Origin: the human T2T-CHM13v2.0 reference genome, Homo sapiens
Length of the DNA: 64,000 nucleotides
Direction: 5' to 3' (one strand)
NCBI RefSeq assembly: GCF_009914755.1
Contig: NC_060925.1
The stretch's first letter is position 1. Each line of letters opens with the position of its first letter. Below are positions 13,143 to 27,354 of this stretch, in pieces. The notes beneath the pieces were generated by a model that did no database searches, was not told the DNA's origin, and saw only the letters and a list, made by a program, of their open reading frames with translations. The position numbers were made by a program, and so were the translations under genes.

Positions 13143-14739
13143 ATTACATAAATGGAATCATACAGCATGTTTCTTTTGTACAGATGTTTTGTACAGATGT
13201 TTCTTTTGTGTCCTTCAACCTTGCTGAACTCATTTACTAGTTCTAGGAGACTTTTTTTAGATTCCTTGGAATATTCTACATAGATGATATCATTTGGAAA
13301 CAGGAATAGCTACATTTATTTCTTTCCAATCTGTATGTCTTTTCATTCCTTTTCTTACCTTATAGCCCTGGCTAGAATTTCCAGCACTAAGCTGAATAAA
13401 AGGGGTGAGAGTGAGCATCCTTGCTTTGTTTCTTTCGGGGCTGGCTTTCTTCATTCCATGATATTCTCTGGAAATTCATGCGGGTTGCCACGCACATCAA
13501 TAGTTTTATTGCTGAGTAGTATTCCATGGTTTGGGTGTGCTACAGTTTGCTAAACCATAGACTGTTCAAGGATGTCTAGGTGTTTTCAGTTTCTATTACA
13601 AATAAAGCTGCTATAAACTTTCGTATGCAGGTTTCTGTGTGAACACAAGTATTCATTTCTCTGGGATAAATGCTCAGGAGTGCAATTGCCAGGTCCTATG
13701 GTAATTGAAAGTTTTTTTTTTTTAAGAAACTACTAACATATTTTCTACAATGGCTATAATATTTTATATTCCCTCCAGCAGTGTATGAGGAATTCTGTTT
13801 GGACACCTTCTCACCAGCTTTTGTTATAGTCAATTTTTCCCTATTTTAGCCATCCTGACAGATATTTAAGAATATCTTATTATGATTTTAATTTGCATTC
13901 CCCTGATGGATAGCCAAATTGAACATCTTTTCATGTGTTTATTTGCCATCTGTATATCTTCCTTGGGGAAATGTCTGTTCATGCCTTTTCACTCATTCAT
14001 GCCATGTTCTAGTTGAATGACTTGCTTTTTTACTATTGAATTTTGAGCATTCTTTATATATTCTAGATACTACTCCTTTGTCAAATACGTGGTTTGCAAA
14101 TATTCTTTCCCACTCTGTAATTTATATTTTCAGCTTCTTAACTGGGTCTTTTGCTGAGAAAAAGTTTTTATTTTGATGAAGCCCAACTAGTCCATTTTTC
14201 CTTTTATGGATTATGCTTCTTGAAACAAAGTCTAAGAGCTCTTTGCCTGGCCCTATATCTCAAAGCTTTTGTCCTAGGTTTTTTCCTAAGTTTCATAGTT
14301 TACATCTAGGTTCATGATCCATTTTTAGCTAATTTTTGCATAAGGTGTGAGATTTTGTTCAAGGTTCAACTTGTTTGCCTTATGAATGGCTAATTGCTCT
14401 GGCACCATTTGCTGAAAGGCTATCTTTTACCCATTGAATTGCTTTTGTACATTTGCCAAATCCGTTGGGCATATTTGTGCAAGTCTGTGTCTGGGTTATC
14501 GATCTGTATGTCTTTCCTTCACCACTGCAACACAATGTTGATCATGACAGCGATATAATAAGTCTTGAAATCATATAGATTGACTCCTTCCACTTTATTC
14601 TTCTTTTTCAAATTTGTTTTAGCTATTCAAGTCCTCTTGTCTTTCCAAATAAATTTTAGAATAGTCTTGTTCATATTTACAAAAAAAAAATCTTGCTGAG
14701 ATTTTGATAGGAATTGGGTTAAACTAGTGCATCAATTTA

Positions 14740-15168
<429 letters not shown>

Positions 15169-15794
15169 TAAACATACAATCCTATACACATTTTGTTACA
15201 CTTATAACAAAATATTTCATTTTTAAGCAGTTGTAAATAGCATAGTGTTTTTAATTTTGGTGTCCATGTATTCATTGCTAGTATATTGAAGTACAATTGG
15301 TTTTTTGATGTTTCTTTTGTATCCTGCAAACTTGATGAACCCATTTACTAGTTCTAGGATATTTTTTGTAGATTCCTTGCAATAGTCTACAGAGATGATA
15401 TCATTTGCAGTGATAGCTTCATTTCTTCCTTTGCAATCTCTATGTCTTTTAATTACTTTTAATTATGTCTGTATATCTTTTAATTATGTCTTTTAATTAC
15501 TTTTCTTACCTTATAGCCCTGGCTAGAATTTCCAGTGCTCAGTTGAGTAAGCGGTGAGTGGACATCCTTGCCTTCTTCCTGATCTCACAGGGACAGCATT
15601 GTCTTTCACCATTAGATGTGAGGTTAGCTACGGGTTTTTTGCAGATGACCTTTGTCAAATTGGGAAAATTCCACACCATTCTTATTTTTCAGAGTTTTTC
15701 TCATTAATGGGTGCAAAATTTCCTGCTCAATGTCACCTCATCAGAGGAGCTTCTCCCGCCTACCCTCTCTAAGTTAGCCCACACCGTCCCTCCC

Positions 15795-16167
15795 TGATAC
15801 GGTTCAGCTGTGTCCCCACCCAAATCTCATCTTGAATTGTAGTTCCCATAATTCCCACGTGTTGTGGGAGGGATATGGTGGGAGGCAATTTAATCATGGG
15901 GGCAGTTATCTCCATGCTGTTCTTGTGATAGTGAGTGAGCTCTCATGAGATCTGATGGTTTTGCAAGGGGCTTTTCCCCCTTTTGCCTGGCACTTCTCCT
16001 TCCTGCTGGCATGTAAAGAAGGACGTGTTTGCTTCCCCCTTCCACCATGATTGTGAGTTTCCTGAGGCCTCCCCAACCATGCAGAACTGTAAGTCAATTA
16101 TACCTCTTTTCTTTGTAAATTATCCAGTCTCAGATATTTCTTCATAGCGTGAGAATGGACTAATACG
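15795..16167 (+). mobile_element. THE1 (B/C-like) MaLR solo LTR
   Basis: tgatacggttcagctgtgtccccacccaaatctcatcttgaattgtag...ggactaatacg; perfect 5-bp TSD ctccc. Confidence 0.95.
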
Positions 16168-17064
16168 CTCCCTGACTCTGCCTGATGTTTCTCACTCTGT
16201 CCAGGGACAACAGAAAGCAGCACAGGCATTCCACACTTGCAGCTGGGGCAGAAATGGACCTCACCCAGCCAAGGGGAAATGAGGCCAGCTGCACACGCAC
16301 ACCCTCCATCCCAGGCAAAGACTAACATACAAAACACAGGGAAGGCCGAGCCAGAAGACACAGCTCAGACTCAGACCAATCTACACTTCCTCCTTCCCCC
16401 TGCTCTGAATCGTGGCCTCAGCCCCCTCACAGGAGGACTGGGCCAATGGGTAGCCAATGCCCAGCCCAAGGAGGGAAACTGGAGGCCCACTGAGCAGGAG
16501 GACGGCCCAGATGGGGCAGCCACACTCCAGGTTATGGTGGCTGCTGGGCCACTTCTGTAGAAGAGGCTTGGAGGAGGGATAGAAAAGGTGCTTCCCCCAA
16601 GAAGAGGAGGGCAGGAGGGTCAATGTCCTTTGCTCTGTCCCCACCAGCCCCTGCAGCCCACCCTCCAGCTGCTTAAGCCCGGTGCTTGGGGAGTGGGGAG
16701 TCAAGTATTATTCTCCGGTGTTTTGCTGTGCTTTGTCTGTTTGCAGGGGAGAGAGGGTTGGGATTTACTTTTTATTAGATCCCCACTTTGCGTTATAAAC
16801 GTGCATATTATAAAAATCAGAAAACGCAGAAAAAGGGAAAAAAGCACTGATCATTCTAAAGCCCTGATAAAAATATAAAGTAAACTGAGTAATAGAAAGT
16901 GCAGAACACAGAAGAAGGGAGAAAACTCAGAAGCTGACCTGGGCTGAAGCAGACGCTTCCTGCATTCCAGCTTGAGGCATTTCCTCGCCCGAGCAGCCGC
17001 TGCAAGGCAGGGGCTGGAGTTCAGCCCATTTCCTGATGCCTTTGCTGTTGACCCCTAACCCCCT

Positions 17065-17190
17065 CATGCCCTCACACCCACCCTCACCCCTGGGCGGCTA
17101 CTAATCTCCTCCCTGTCTCTGCAGATTTGTCTCTGCTGGACATTTCCTATAGATGGACTCAGCCCATACGAGGTGCCCTGTGACTGCACG
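17065..17190 (-). mobile_element. L1M 3'UTR fragment
   Basis: cccctgggcggctactaatctcctccctgtctctgcagatttgtctctgctggacatttcctatagatgga. Confidence 0.6.
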
Positions 17191-17559
17191 GCATCATTTC
17201 TGTGCCTCGGTGCAGGCAGATGGCACATTCTGCTCGCAACAAAAGCTGCCTCTTTAGGTCCCTCTTGCATATAAAATCTACCATCCTTCCACAGATAAAC
17301 CCAATACTAGGCCGTACCCAGACTTCTGAAATTAATAAATCCAGAGACTCCTAGAGACCACAAGTGGGACTGTTGGCGCGCAGACAGGCCATCTGAGGTC
17401 AGGGCTGGTCCCACTAGGACAGGGTTCCTCCACTGTGCACCCTGGGGGTGAGAGCCCTTCGTGGTGGGGCCATCTCATGTGCTGTGGGATGGTTCCCCGC
17501 ACCCTGGGCTCCACCCTCGGAGGCAGAAGCGAGAGTGCTCTGTAGAGAGGAAGCAGAGC

Positions 17560-17730
17560 ACCCTATGGGCTCAGACCGCCTGGGTGCGAATCTGGGCTCT
17601 GCCTCTGAGCTGCTGAGTCCCCTGTGCATGGTGCACAGACTCAGTTTTCCCATCTCTAAAATGGGGCTTCTGCTTCCCAGGAGTGTCGTGTGGGTCGGAT
17701 GTGAAAATGAATAGGAAGCACTTGCCAATT
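17560..17730 (+). mobile_element. MIR SINE
   Basis: gctcagaccgcctgggtgcgaatctgggctctgcc...ctcagttttcccatctctaaaatgggg. Confidence 0.75.
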
Positions 17731-19069
17731 TATATGTTTGGCGAAGGATCCAGCATGCGCTCGCTCCTCCCCAGAAGTCAGCTCTGTTATCATTCTCAGT
17801 CTTGCCTGAGGGGCTCACATTTCTAACCATGCTCCTGCCTAGGACCAGAGCAAAGTGGGCTCACTACTGGCTCAGATGCTCATTGAGACCTCTGCCAGCC
17901 CTGAGAGCCCAAGACCCCTGACCATCCCCCACCCTGGAAACAGCCGTCTGCAGACTAAACTCTGCCCCACCTCTGGCAACGGGACCTGACCCTTTCAGCA
18001 CAAGTACATTCAATTAGAGGAAGAAGCTCCCACGGTGGCGTGGTGGAGCAGCTGTGCCATTTAACAAGCCACACCACCCCCTGGCAGCAGCCCTCCAGGA
18101 CGACTTCCAGCCAAATGTGTGCTTATTTTTTCAAATGGCAAATAAATGGGTCAGAAGCCAATGAAGGGAGCCAGGAGCTGCCTCTGGAGGTAAGTTCCAA
18201 AGGATAAAGTTAGAGGTTCCATTAAAGAAGATTTAATGAGTTTGAAAGAGATCAGAAACAGGACAAACTCAGGGTGTAAATCAAATATTAATCATTGTAA
18301 AGGCGAGCCTCACTAAGACATAAATCAATAGCACAGGCAGACTGGCAAACATCTGCCTCTCAAAAGCGCTTCCAGAAATCTGGGGCTGAAATGTCAGGGG
18401 AACAGGAAGCTGGAGGAAGCAGAGTCTACCTGGGCCAGGAGGTGACAGAGGCGTCCATGTGGACTGCCAGGCTATCCCTGGGAGCTTATCTTCCCCAGCG
18501 TGCTGGGCTGGGAACTCAGGAGGAGGCTCTGCCCTACTGCCAGCTCCCAGGAGGTTCTTCCACTTCATCTTTCATTCTGCGGATGAGCCCTCTCCCCCAG
18601 GCCGGGCCCAGTCCTAGGCAAAGATGGGCACCATCCCTGGCCCTCAGTCCCACAGCCTGTGTCACTGCACTCGTGTGCTGCCAGGAAACTGAGGCTCAGA
18701 GATGCAAGTTAGCAGGGGAGGCGGGAGTTCAGCCAGGGCCCTTGGGTTCAAACCTCCCCTCCTCCCGGGTCCCCGGCTGCCCCAACCCTCCCCAGGGCAG
18801 CCCTCCCACAAGCCAGGGAGGTGTGGGCAGCATGTATGCACAGGGCAGTGGGTGGGGCACCTCCTCCCAACCAGTCAGCCCTGTCCTGGCCCCAGCTGTC
18901 AGCACCCCCCTCCTTGCCCTGTCCACTGCCCTGACCAGGACACCAAGCCCATTACCCCCTAGGAGAGGGCCTGGCCCACCTTGAGCAGGATGGGAGCAGG
19001 GGTCACAGGGCCCACTCACCTCGCCTCAGTGCTGACTGCTTCTGGGCAACCACCCAAAGGTTCTCATCT

Positions 19070-19231
19070 GCCCACACCTGGCCCCTCTACCCACTTGTGC
19101 CCCCCTGCCAACACCTGCCCCCTCTGCCCATACCTGCCGCTTCTTCCCGCACCTGCCGCCTCTTCCCGCACCTGCCACCTCTGCCCAAACTTGCTATCTC
19201 TGCCCGTACCTGCCCCCTGCCAGCACCTGCC
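19070..19231 (+). repeat. ~19-bp C-rich minisatellite (CACCTGCCACCTCTGCCCA), left part
   Basis: About 9 degenerate units, running up to the MER11 LTR. Confidence 0.85.
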
Positions 19232-20268
19232 TATCGGGGGAAATTCACCCCCGATATTTCACATAGTTCCTTTTCTATTTTCCCTAAGTGTCGGCCAGTC
19301 TGAGAAATAAAGGGACAGAGTACAAAAGAGAGAAATTTTAAAGCTGGGCATCCGGGGGAGACATCACATGTCGGCAGGTTCCGTGATGCCCCACAAGCCG
19401 CAAAACCAGCAAGTTTTTATTAGTGATTTTCAAAAGGGGAGGGAGTGCACGGATACGGTGTGGGTCACAGGGATCACATGCTTCAAGGGCGACAAAAGAT
19501 CACAAGGCAGAAGGTCAGGGCGAAACTAGAATCCACTAATGAACTTCCATGTCCCGCTGTGCACGCATTGTCAGGGTTCAAGAGCAGAAAACAGGTCTGA
19601 CTAGAATTTGCCAGGCTGGAATTTCCTAATCCTAGCAAGCCTGGGGGCGCTGCCGGAGACTAGGGCATGTTTCATCCCTATCTACATCTGCATAAGGCAG
19701 ACACCCCCAGAGCGGCCATTTCAGAGGCCCCACCCTGGGAATGCATTCTTTTCCCAGGGCTGTTAATTATTAATATTCCTCACTGGGGAAAGAATTCAGC
19801 GATATTTCTCTTACCCGTTTTCAGTAATAAGAGAAATATGGCTCTGTCCCACCCAGCCCACAGGCAGCCAGACTTTAAGGTTACCTCCCTTGTTCCCTGA
19901 ACATCGCTCTTACCCTGTTCTTTTTTCAAGATGCCCAGATTTCAAATTGTTTAAACAATTTGTGCAGTTAATGCAATCATCACAGGGTCCTAAGGTGACA
20001 TACGTCCTCAGCTTATGAAAATGACGGAATTAAGAGGTTAAAGCAAAGACAGGCATAGGAAATCACAAGAGTATTGACTGGGGAAGTGATAAGTGTCCAT
20101 GAAATCTTCACAATTTATATTCAGAGATTGCAGTAAAGACAGGCGTAAGAAATTATAAAAGTATTAATTTGGGGAACTAATAAATGTCCATGAAATCTTC
20201 ACAATTTATGTTCTTCTGCCACGGCTTCAGCCCATCCCTCCGTTCGGGGTCCCTGACTTCCCGCAACA
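19232..20268 (-). mobile_element. MER11 (B/C-like) solo LTR of HERV-K11 (HML-8)
   Basis: Minus strand begins tgttgcgggaagtcagggaccccgaacggaggga, has duplicated ttgtgaagatttcatggaca blocks and ends cccccgata; 6-bp TSD cctgcc. Confidence 0.93.
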
Positions 20269-20335
20269 CCTGCCACCTCTGCCAGCACCTGCCACCTCTG
20301 CCCACACCTGCCACCTCTGCCCACACCTCTGCCCA
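20269..20335 (+). repeat. ~19-bp minisatellite, right part (continuation after LTR)
   Basis: cctgccacctctgccagcacctgccacctctgcccacacctgccacctctgccca. Confidence 0.85.
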
Positions 20336-20420
20336 GGGCTTTCTCTGGCCACTCCAGGGTCAAGCGGGATGTGCCAGTGCATTGACACCCCCAGGACCAG
20401 CACCCTCATCCCTGGGCTGG

Positions 20421-20864
20421 CGTCCTGGTCTCTGGGGGCTACCGCAGCAAGTCACCACAACTGGGTGGCTGAAAACAACAGAAACTGAGTAGCTCGCAGC
20501 TCTGGAGGCCAGAAGTCAGAAATCAATGTGTCGGCTGGCCAGGCTCCCTCTGCAGGCACTAGGGAAGGATGCTTCCCGGCTTCCTCCGGGCTCCTGCAGC
20601 TCCAGACATTCCTCAGCTTGTGGCAACAACACTCCAATCTCTGCCTTCTTCACATGGCCATCTTCCCTCCATGACTGTATCTCCTTTCCTGTTCTTGAAA
20701 AGACACCAGTCATTGGACCACGGCCCACCCTAACCCAGTATGCCCTTGTCTTAACTCGATCACGTCGGCAAAGACTCTGTTTCCAAATGAGGTCCCATTC
20801 CCAGGCACCGAGTGTGAGGACTTCAGCATATGTTTCAGGGGGACACATTTCAACCCCAATAACG
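20421..20864 (-). mobile_element. MLT1 (B/C-like) MaLR solo LTR
   Basis: caactgggtggctgaaaacaacagaaa...ctggaggccagaagtc...gacaccagtcattgg...gggggacacatttcaacc. Confidence 0.88.
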
Positions 20865-20884
20865 CAGTACCTCTGAGGTGCGTT

Positions 20885-20975
20885 CCAGTTGGAGTGGACC
20901 TTGGACCAACAGCACCTGCATTGCTCCAGGGGTCTCAGGCCACCCCAGACCTGCAGAGCCAGAATCTGCACTGGT
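20885..20975. mobile_element. MER5A-like hAT-Charlie fragment
   Basis: tctcaggccaccccagacctgcagagccagaatctgca. Confidence 0.55.
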
Positions 20976-22550
20976 CCCGGGGGCTTCAGGACACTGCTCT
21001 ACACCATGCCGCTGTCGTCCCCAGAGGGACTGAGCCCTGATGGCCTCAACTCATCACACCCCTCATCGTCTCCTTCCAGGCCCTGTCTCATGCCCCTGTT
21101 CCCATAGATGAATCCTGGAATCAGCTTCTGCATCAGTGTTCCTGTTCACAGTGTTGTCTCAGTGTCAGCTCTTGGGAAACCCAACCTGAGATGGGGTGTA
21201 GGCCCAGAGCTGCCTGTTCAGAGCACCTGGTCCTCTCCAGAAACAATGACCCATGGTTGCCGGCTCACCCGGGACAGCAAACACTAGGGTCGTTCATTGA
21301 TTTACTGCGTCCAAGCAGGCTCAATGGATGGAAGAGAAGGTCGAGAGACAGGGTTTCATCTGGGGGAAGCTCCCTTCAAGCCCCAGCACTGAGACTGCCT
21401 TCAGGGACAGACACACGGGGCTTGGTGTAGAAGAGACCAGGCAAAGGAACAAGCGTTTGGCATCAGCTACAAGAGAGCCATTTACCCCCCAGCCCACCGC
21501 CCTGGGCCACTGTCCAAACCAGCTCCACCTCCCCGGCCCTCCCCACAGCCTGGTTAAGAGGAGGAGGGGACCCCAGGCTAGATGGAAGCAGAGGTGAGTG
21601 GGCCCCCCAACAAAGTGGTCACCAGTCCCTCATCTGCCTCCCGCTGCCTGACGCAGCTCCATCCTGATTCTGAAGGACATTTTTGGAGATGAGATCACTT
21701 TTGCCGACCTTGGCTTTGAGCCTTTCCAGGCCAAGGAACAAATGCAGCGGCCTCTGATCTTTTCCAAGTGGCTCAGAGTTCACCACACGGAGACGAGATT
21801 TGCAACTTGGTTGCTTTCTTCAGAACATGCCTCTGGCCTTTTGTAAAACTTCCCAAAGAACAGGCTGACCTGGATGTTCCAAGCCTCTCTCTGTTCCCCT
21901 CAAACAAGAAAATCACTTCTAAAGGGGAAGGAGAAGTCTGAGGCTCTCTACAAAATATTTTCTATCTGAACTAATTTTATGGTGGTCCAGCCCATTTCCA
22001 ACTTTCAAAAGCTTCATAGAAATTGTTCTGGGAATGAGTTTAAATGCCCAGAGAGGCAACATCACGGAAGCATCAGGGCTTGGCTGTGAAATGTCCAGTC
22101 CCACTACGTCATGCCACGCTGAGGTGCCCGGTGCCCAGTGCCCACAGCCACAGGAGAACCCCACACCTCCCAGGAACCAGAGGCAAAGGCTTCAGGCACA
22201 GCCAGTGAGAGACAAAAGCTCCAAAGGGAGAGGAGTGGAGTGAGCTCCCAACAGCCAGGAGAAGTTTAACTCAACAGACACTGATTTAATGCCTGGGACA
22301 CGCGGCCAGGCTGGCTGGGCCTGGCAGGCAGGGTTCCGTGGTGTTCGCAGCTGTGGGCTCTGAGGGGTATTGCTAGGGCCACCTCCCAGCTCTGAGCCTT
22401 CCCAGCCACAGGAATCACCCTGAGCAGATTCTGTACCCTCTCAGTCTCCATCTTCTCATCTGAAAGCAGGAATAATAAGAATATTTTCCCCTTAAGGCTG
22501 TTATGAGAATCAGAATTCATGGAGCATAGGATGTGTTTGAACAAGAATCA

Positions 22551-22982
<432 letters not shown>

Positions 22983-24239
22983 AAGGATCTCCAGCGTATT
23001 CTGGGGACTCTTAGGCTGCAAAAGGCTCACACCCCCTGGACATTTAGTTAGAATTTCATGTCTCTGTTGAGTGTCCCTTTCTAACAGCCCCCATGGACCC
23101 CCGACTCCTCCAAGTTCAGAGCCAGTCTTATCTGGGATGATGAACTAGACACCTCTTCTACTCCCCCACTTTTCTACCTGCACACCCCGAGCCTTCATGC
23201 TTTTGCTGGGGGACACCTGACACTCCAGACCTCCTCACCTCCCCAGGAGATCGGCACAACTACCATCCAATTCAACAGATGAAGAAACCGAGGCCAGCAA
23301 GGCAAGGCCCTGGCCCAAAGCCACAGAGAAGGCTCTGGTCCAGCTCAGTTCGGCCCCTACTGCCTGTCTAACCACCGGGCCACACCTCCCCAGGCACTCA
23401 GGGACCTGGCCCAGACTCCACTTCTTTCCAGCTGGCCTTGGGCGGAGTAACAAGAATGTGCAGGGCTATCTCTGTGCTGGCTTGGGAGGAAGGGGCCTCG
23501 GCTGAGAGGCGAGGGGCAACTTCTCCCTTTCATGTGCTGTCTCTTTGCTGCACTTCAGTGGGGAAAGCAGAAGTGCTTGCTCGCAGTGAGCAGGAATCCG
23601 GCCAGTGAAGTTGCACGCAAGCTCTGCCATCTGCCCGGCTCTCTCACCAGCCCCTCAGCCCTGGGGGGGCAGCGAGCCTCTGAAAGTAACGCGAGACTCG
23701 CACTCGACTTGCAGTACGTACCCTCAGGTTTCAAAAAGCGTGTCCGGCGTCAGATCTGTGAATTGTTTAACAGGATTAGCCCAGCTCACCAGCAGACGGC
23801 TGTCGCTTTGTTCCTGGCAAGAGGAGCTCTGATAGGAAGTTGCAACAGCAGGTTGGAAATCCAAGGATCATGCTCAGTGCATCCTGCTGGAAATTCCCAT
23901 AGGCAAGAGAAATCACCTAATTGTGTTATCACTGAGGATGCTGTCAGGGGCTCGGGGGCCTGGCTGGAACAGAGGCCAGATGGCCCGGCATGGGGGCCAG
24001 TGGGAACCAGAGGTGGGGCTTCTGCAGAAGATCACAGCTACTCAGGGTCTCAGCAGGCTTCTCCAAGCATCCCCAAGCTTCTGCTGCTTTACCAGCCCCC
24101 GCACTCCACCCAGTCCCAGCTCATTCAAGATGGTCCAGAAAGACCAACATCCAAGACTCACTAAAGCTGCAAGAAGACTGGGCTTGGCTTCTCCCTGGGG
24201 ATAGCATCAAGCTTTAGATCTGCAGCAAAGGTTGGCCTG

Positions 24240-24490
24240 GTGGCGTATTGAAGGCACACAGCTGAGTGCCAGACAGCCTGCATTCCAATCCCAGCTCTGC
24301 CACTTTCTAGTGGATGACGGTCAGGCATCTCAACTTCTCTGGGCCTCAGTTTCATCATCTGTAAAATGGGGAGATGATGCCAATAATAGGCTCTGCATCA
24401 AGGGTATGTTATAAGGATTCAATGCATTGCCATGTGCCAACACTTAGAACAGTGCCTGCATAGGAAATACACTACCCATGCTGGCTGTTG
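24240..24490 (+). mobile_element. MIR SINE
   Basis: atcccagctctgccacttt...tctctgggcctcagtttcatcatctgtaaaatgggg...cacttagaacagtgcctg. Confidence 0.88.
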
Positions 24491-24951
24491 TTGCTGTATT
24501 ATAATTATTATATGATATGTTATATTGTTATTGTGTATATAATGTTGTTATCTTTCTAACATATAGCAATATTACTATTACCATGTGACAGGCAATAGAC
24601 TAACCCTGCTTCTTCACATGAATTATTATCTTGCTAATGCTCCCCATAACTCTCTAGGGTTGAAAGCATTGTAGGCACTGCACACTTGAAGACCTAGTGG
24701 CCGGCCCACAGTGCCCTGGCTGGCTGTCAGTAGAACTAGAGTCTAGACTCAGGTCATTGGACTCCAGGGTGACCAACCTTAGCCACACTCCACCACACGG
24801 GGTTGAAAACTCAAATGCCCAAGGAGCCAGACAAACAGCCCAGGGCTAGTGAAAAACAGCAACAGACGTGGGCTCACTGTTGGGGGTGCTATAGGGAGCA
24901 CTGGTGATTGTGGCAAACCTGAGCGAATGTCCTGTTTAAAGGGATCAGCTA

Positions 24952-25257
24952 GGCTGGGTGGCTCATGCCTGTAACTTCAGCACTCTGGGAGGCTAAGGCA
25001 GGAGAATGGCTTGAGACCAGAAGTTCTTGACCAGCCAGGGCAACATAGTGAGACCCTGTCTCTACAAAAAAAACAAAAATTTAATTAAAACATTAGCCAG
25101 GCGTGGTGTGCATGCCTATAGTCCTAGCTACTCAAGAGGCTGAGGTGGGAGGGTGGCTTAAGCCCAGGAGTTTGAAGCTACAGTGAGCTATGATCATGCC
25201 ACTGCAGTCCAACCTGAGTGACAGAGCAAGATCCTGTCCTTTAAAAAAAAAAAAAAA
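24952..25257 (+). mobile_element. AluJ (Jo/Jr-like)
   Basis: ggcaacatagtgagaccctgtctctac, agcccaggagtttgaagctacagtgagctatgatc. Confidence 0.94.
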
Positions 25258-25406
25258 GCAAGAGGCCAGCCACTTCTCAGATCCAGGTGACTGGAAACAC
25301 GGAGGAATACAGGTCTAGTGTAGCCACACCAGCCTGTTTTTCAAAAGAAAGATAGACTTTGACTTAATTTTTTAAAGTTAGAAAGTTACTTTTAAATTTG
25401 AACACA

Positions 25407-25729
<323 letters not shown>

Positions 25730-27354
25730 TTTAAACACACAATGACTCAAAACATGTTTGTTTGAAAACCCTCTAGGAGCCAGACCCAGCACACAGCCCC
25801 AGGCCCAGGACCCTTGCAGTGGGAGAGGCACTCAGAGAACCCCAGTCCCTCCACGGGCCCATGCACCTCCCTAAAGGCCTCCTCAAGGACCAAGTCTCCA
25901 ATAGGAAGCCCAGTTTTTCCTGCAGAAAGAAGCAGTCTTGGAATAAAGATCCAGACTGGAGAGCAGGGGTCACAGAGCCACCTGTACCTCACCAGACCTG
26001 GGAGCCTCACCAGGAAACAGAGAAGTCTAGAGTCTGCCGGATTCCAGCACTCATGAAACCCAGGCCTCCCATTTCACAGATGTGGACTGAGGCCTAGGAA
26101 GGAAGGGCATTTGCCCAAAGTCAGGCAGAGGCACAGCCACAGAGCAGGTCTGCAGCCCGGCCGCTCTCTGTCCTGGGCCACCCCCTCATCACAATTGGCT
26201 CTGACTTGTCAAAGAAGGCCTGCTTTTTCCCTACCCCCTGGTCTGTACCCGTTATGGCTCTCACCCTCCCCAGGGAAGCAGCCTGGACTCCACGGAGGCC
26301 CGTCTGCATGCCAGCCCCCGTTGCCCGATGCCAAGCCGCCCGTCGGATCGGATGAATGCACCGCCTCTCATCAAAGACCATGAAAACACTTTGAACTTGG
26401 TACACTTTGAAGCTCCATTTGACTTTCAATCCAGGCCTGCAAAATATCTTTGCAGAAAAATAACCTAGATTTGTCATGGCACATTTTGACACATTTGTAT
26501 GGTCCCTTGATCTATCCCTCGGCTAACAATAGCTCCCCGGTTTCACTTTAAATAAGAACATTCACAACACAGACAAGAAGAATGGGGGTAAAACGGGCAA
26601 TTACTTTTAAAAAAAATAACTTGCACAAATGCGGAGACAAATTCAGTCTGCTGAAAATGAAGCCGCGTTTCCAGCCAAGTGACAGATTCATAACCAAGCA
26701 GCTCTAATGGCTGTTGACAGGCCCCAACCTTAAAGGGAGAGAAGACAGAGAGGTTGAGATGGCTATGGAGCAGATAATGGGATTTGGGGCCCTTCATTTG
26801 CAGGTCGCTGGTTTTAATTTAGCCCAAATGCCCTGTCACTAAGACTTGCCACTGTCTGGCCACCGATGAGAAACAGGCAGGCCCGGGACATTCATGGGAG
26901 ACGGAGGGGGGTCCACAGGAGCTGATCCCGACAGCGCTGTGGGGAGCACAGAGCTGGAGAAGGACAGACACCAGGGGCTCTAGTTGGAGCTGGAAGTCCA
27001 CCTGCAGCTGGAAATGCAACAGCAGGTCCCACTTCAGGGACCTTCCATTCTCTGCTGCCACCACTTCCAATCAACAAAGTCCAAAATGGCCAATCCCAGC
27101 TTTCCCTCCTTTCGTGGCAAAAATAGCTCCCTTTAGTCTGCTATGCAGCCATTGTTGGATCTTCACAGTGGCCCCAGGCGGTGTACCAGCCTCCGCTCCC
27201 ATTTCTCAGGTCTCAGAGAGCACCATGATTTGCCGAAACAAAAGGAAGAGCAGAATTTGAACCTGGCGAGCTCGGTGCAAAGCCCCACCTGCTCAGAACA
27301 CCCCTGAGCTCAGCGACGCCCCCACCTTCTCATCCCATTCAGACAGCTCAAACA

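Noticed and set aside
16068-16080. PRDM9 hotspot motif in THE1 LTRs
   Set aside because: Reads CCTCCCCAACCAT and lacks the T of CCTCCCT/CCNCCNTNNCCNC; the other three THE1 copies also fail at the equivalent position
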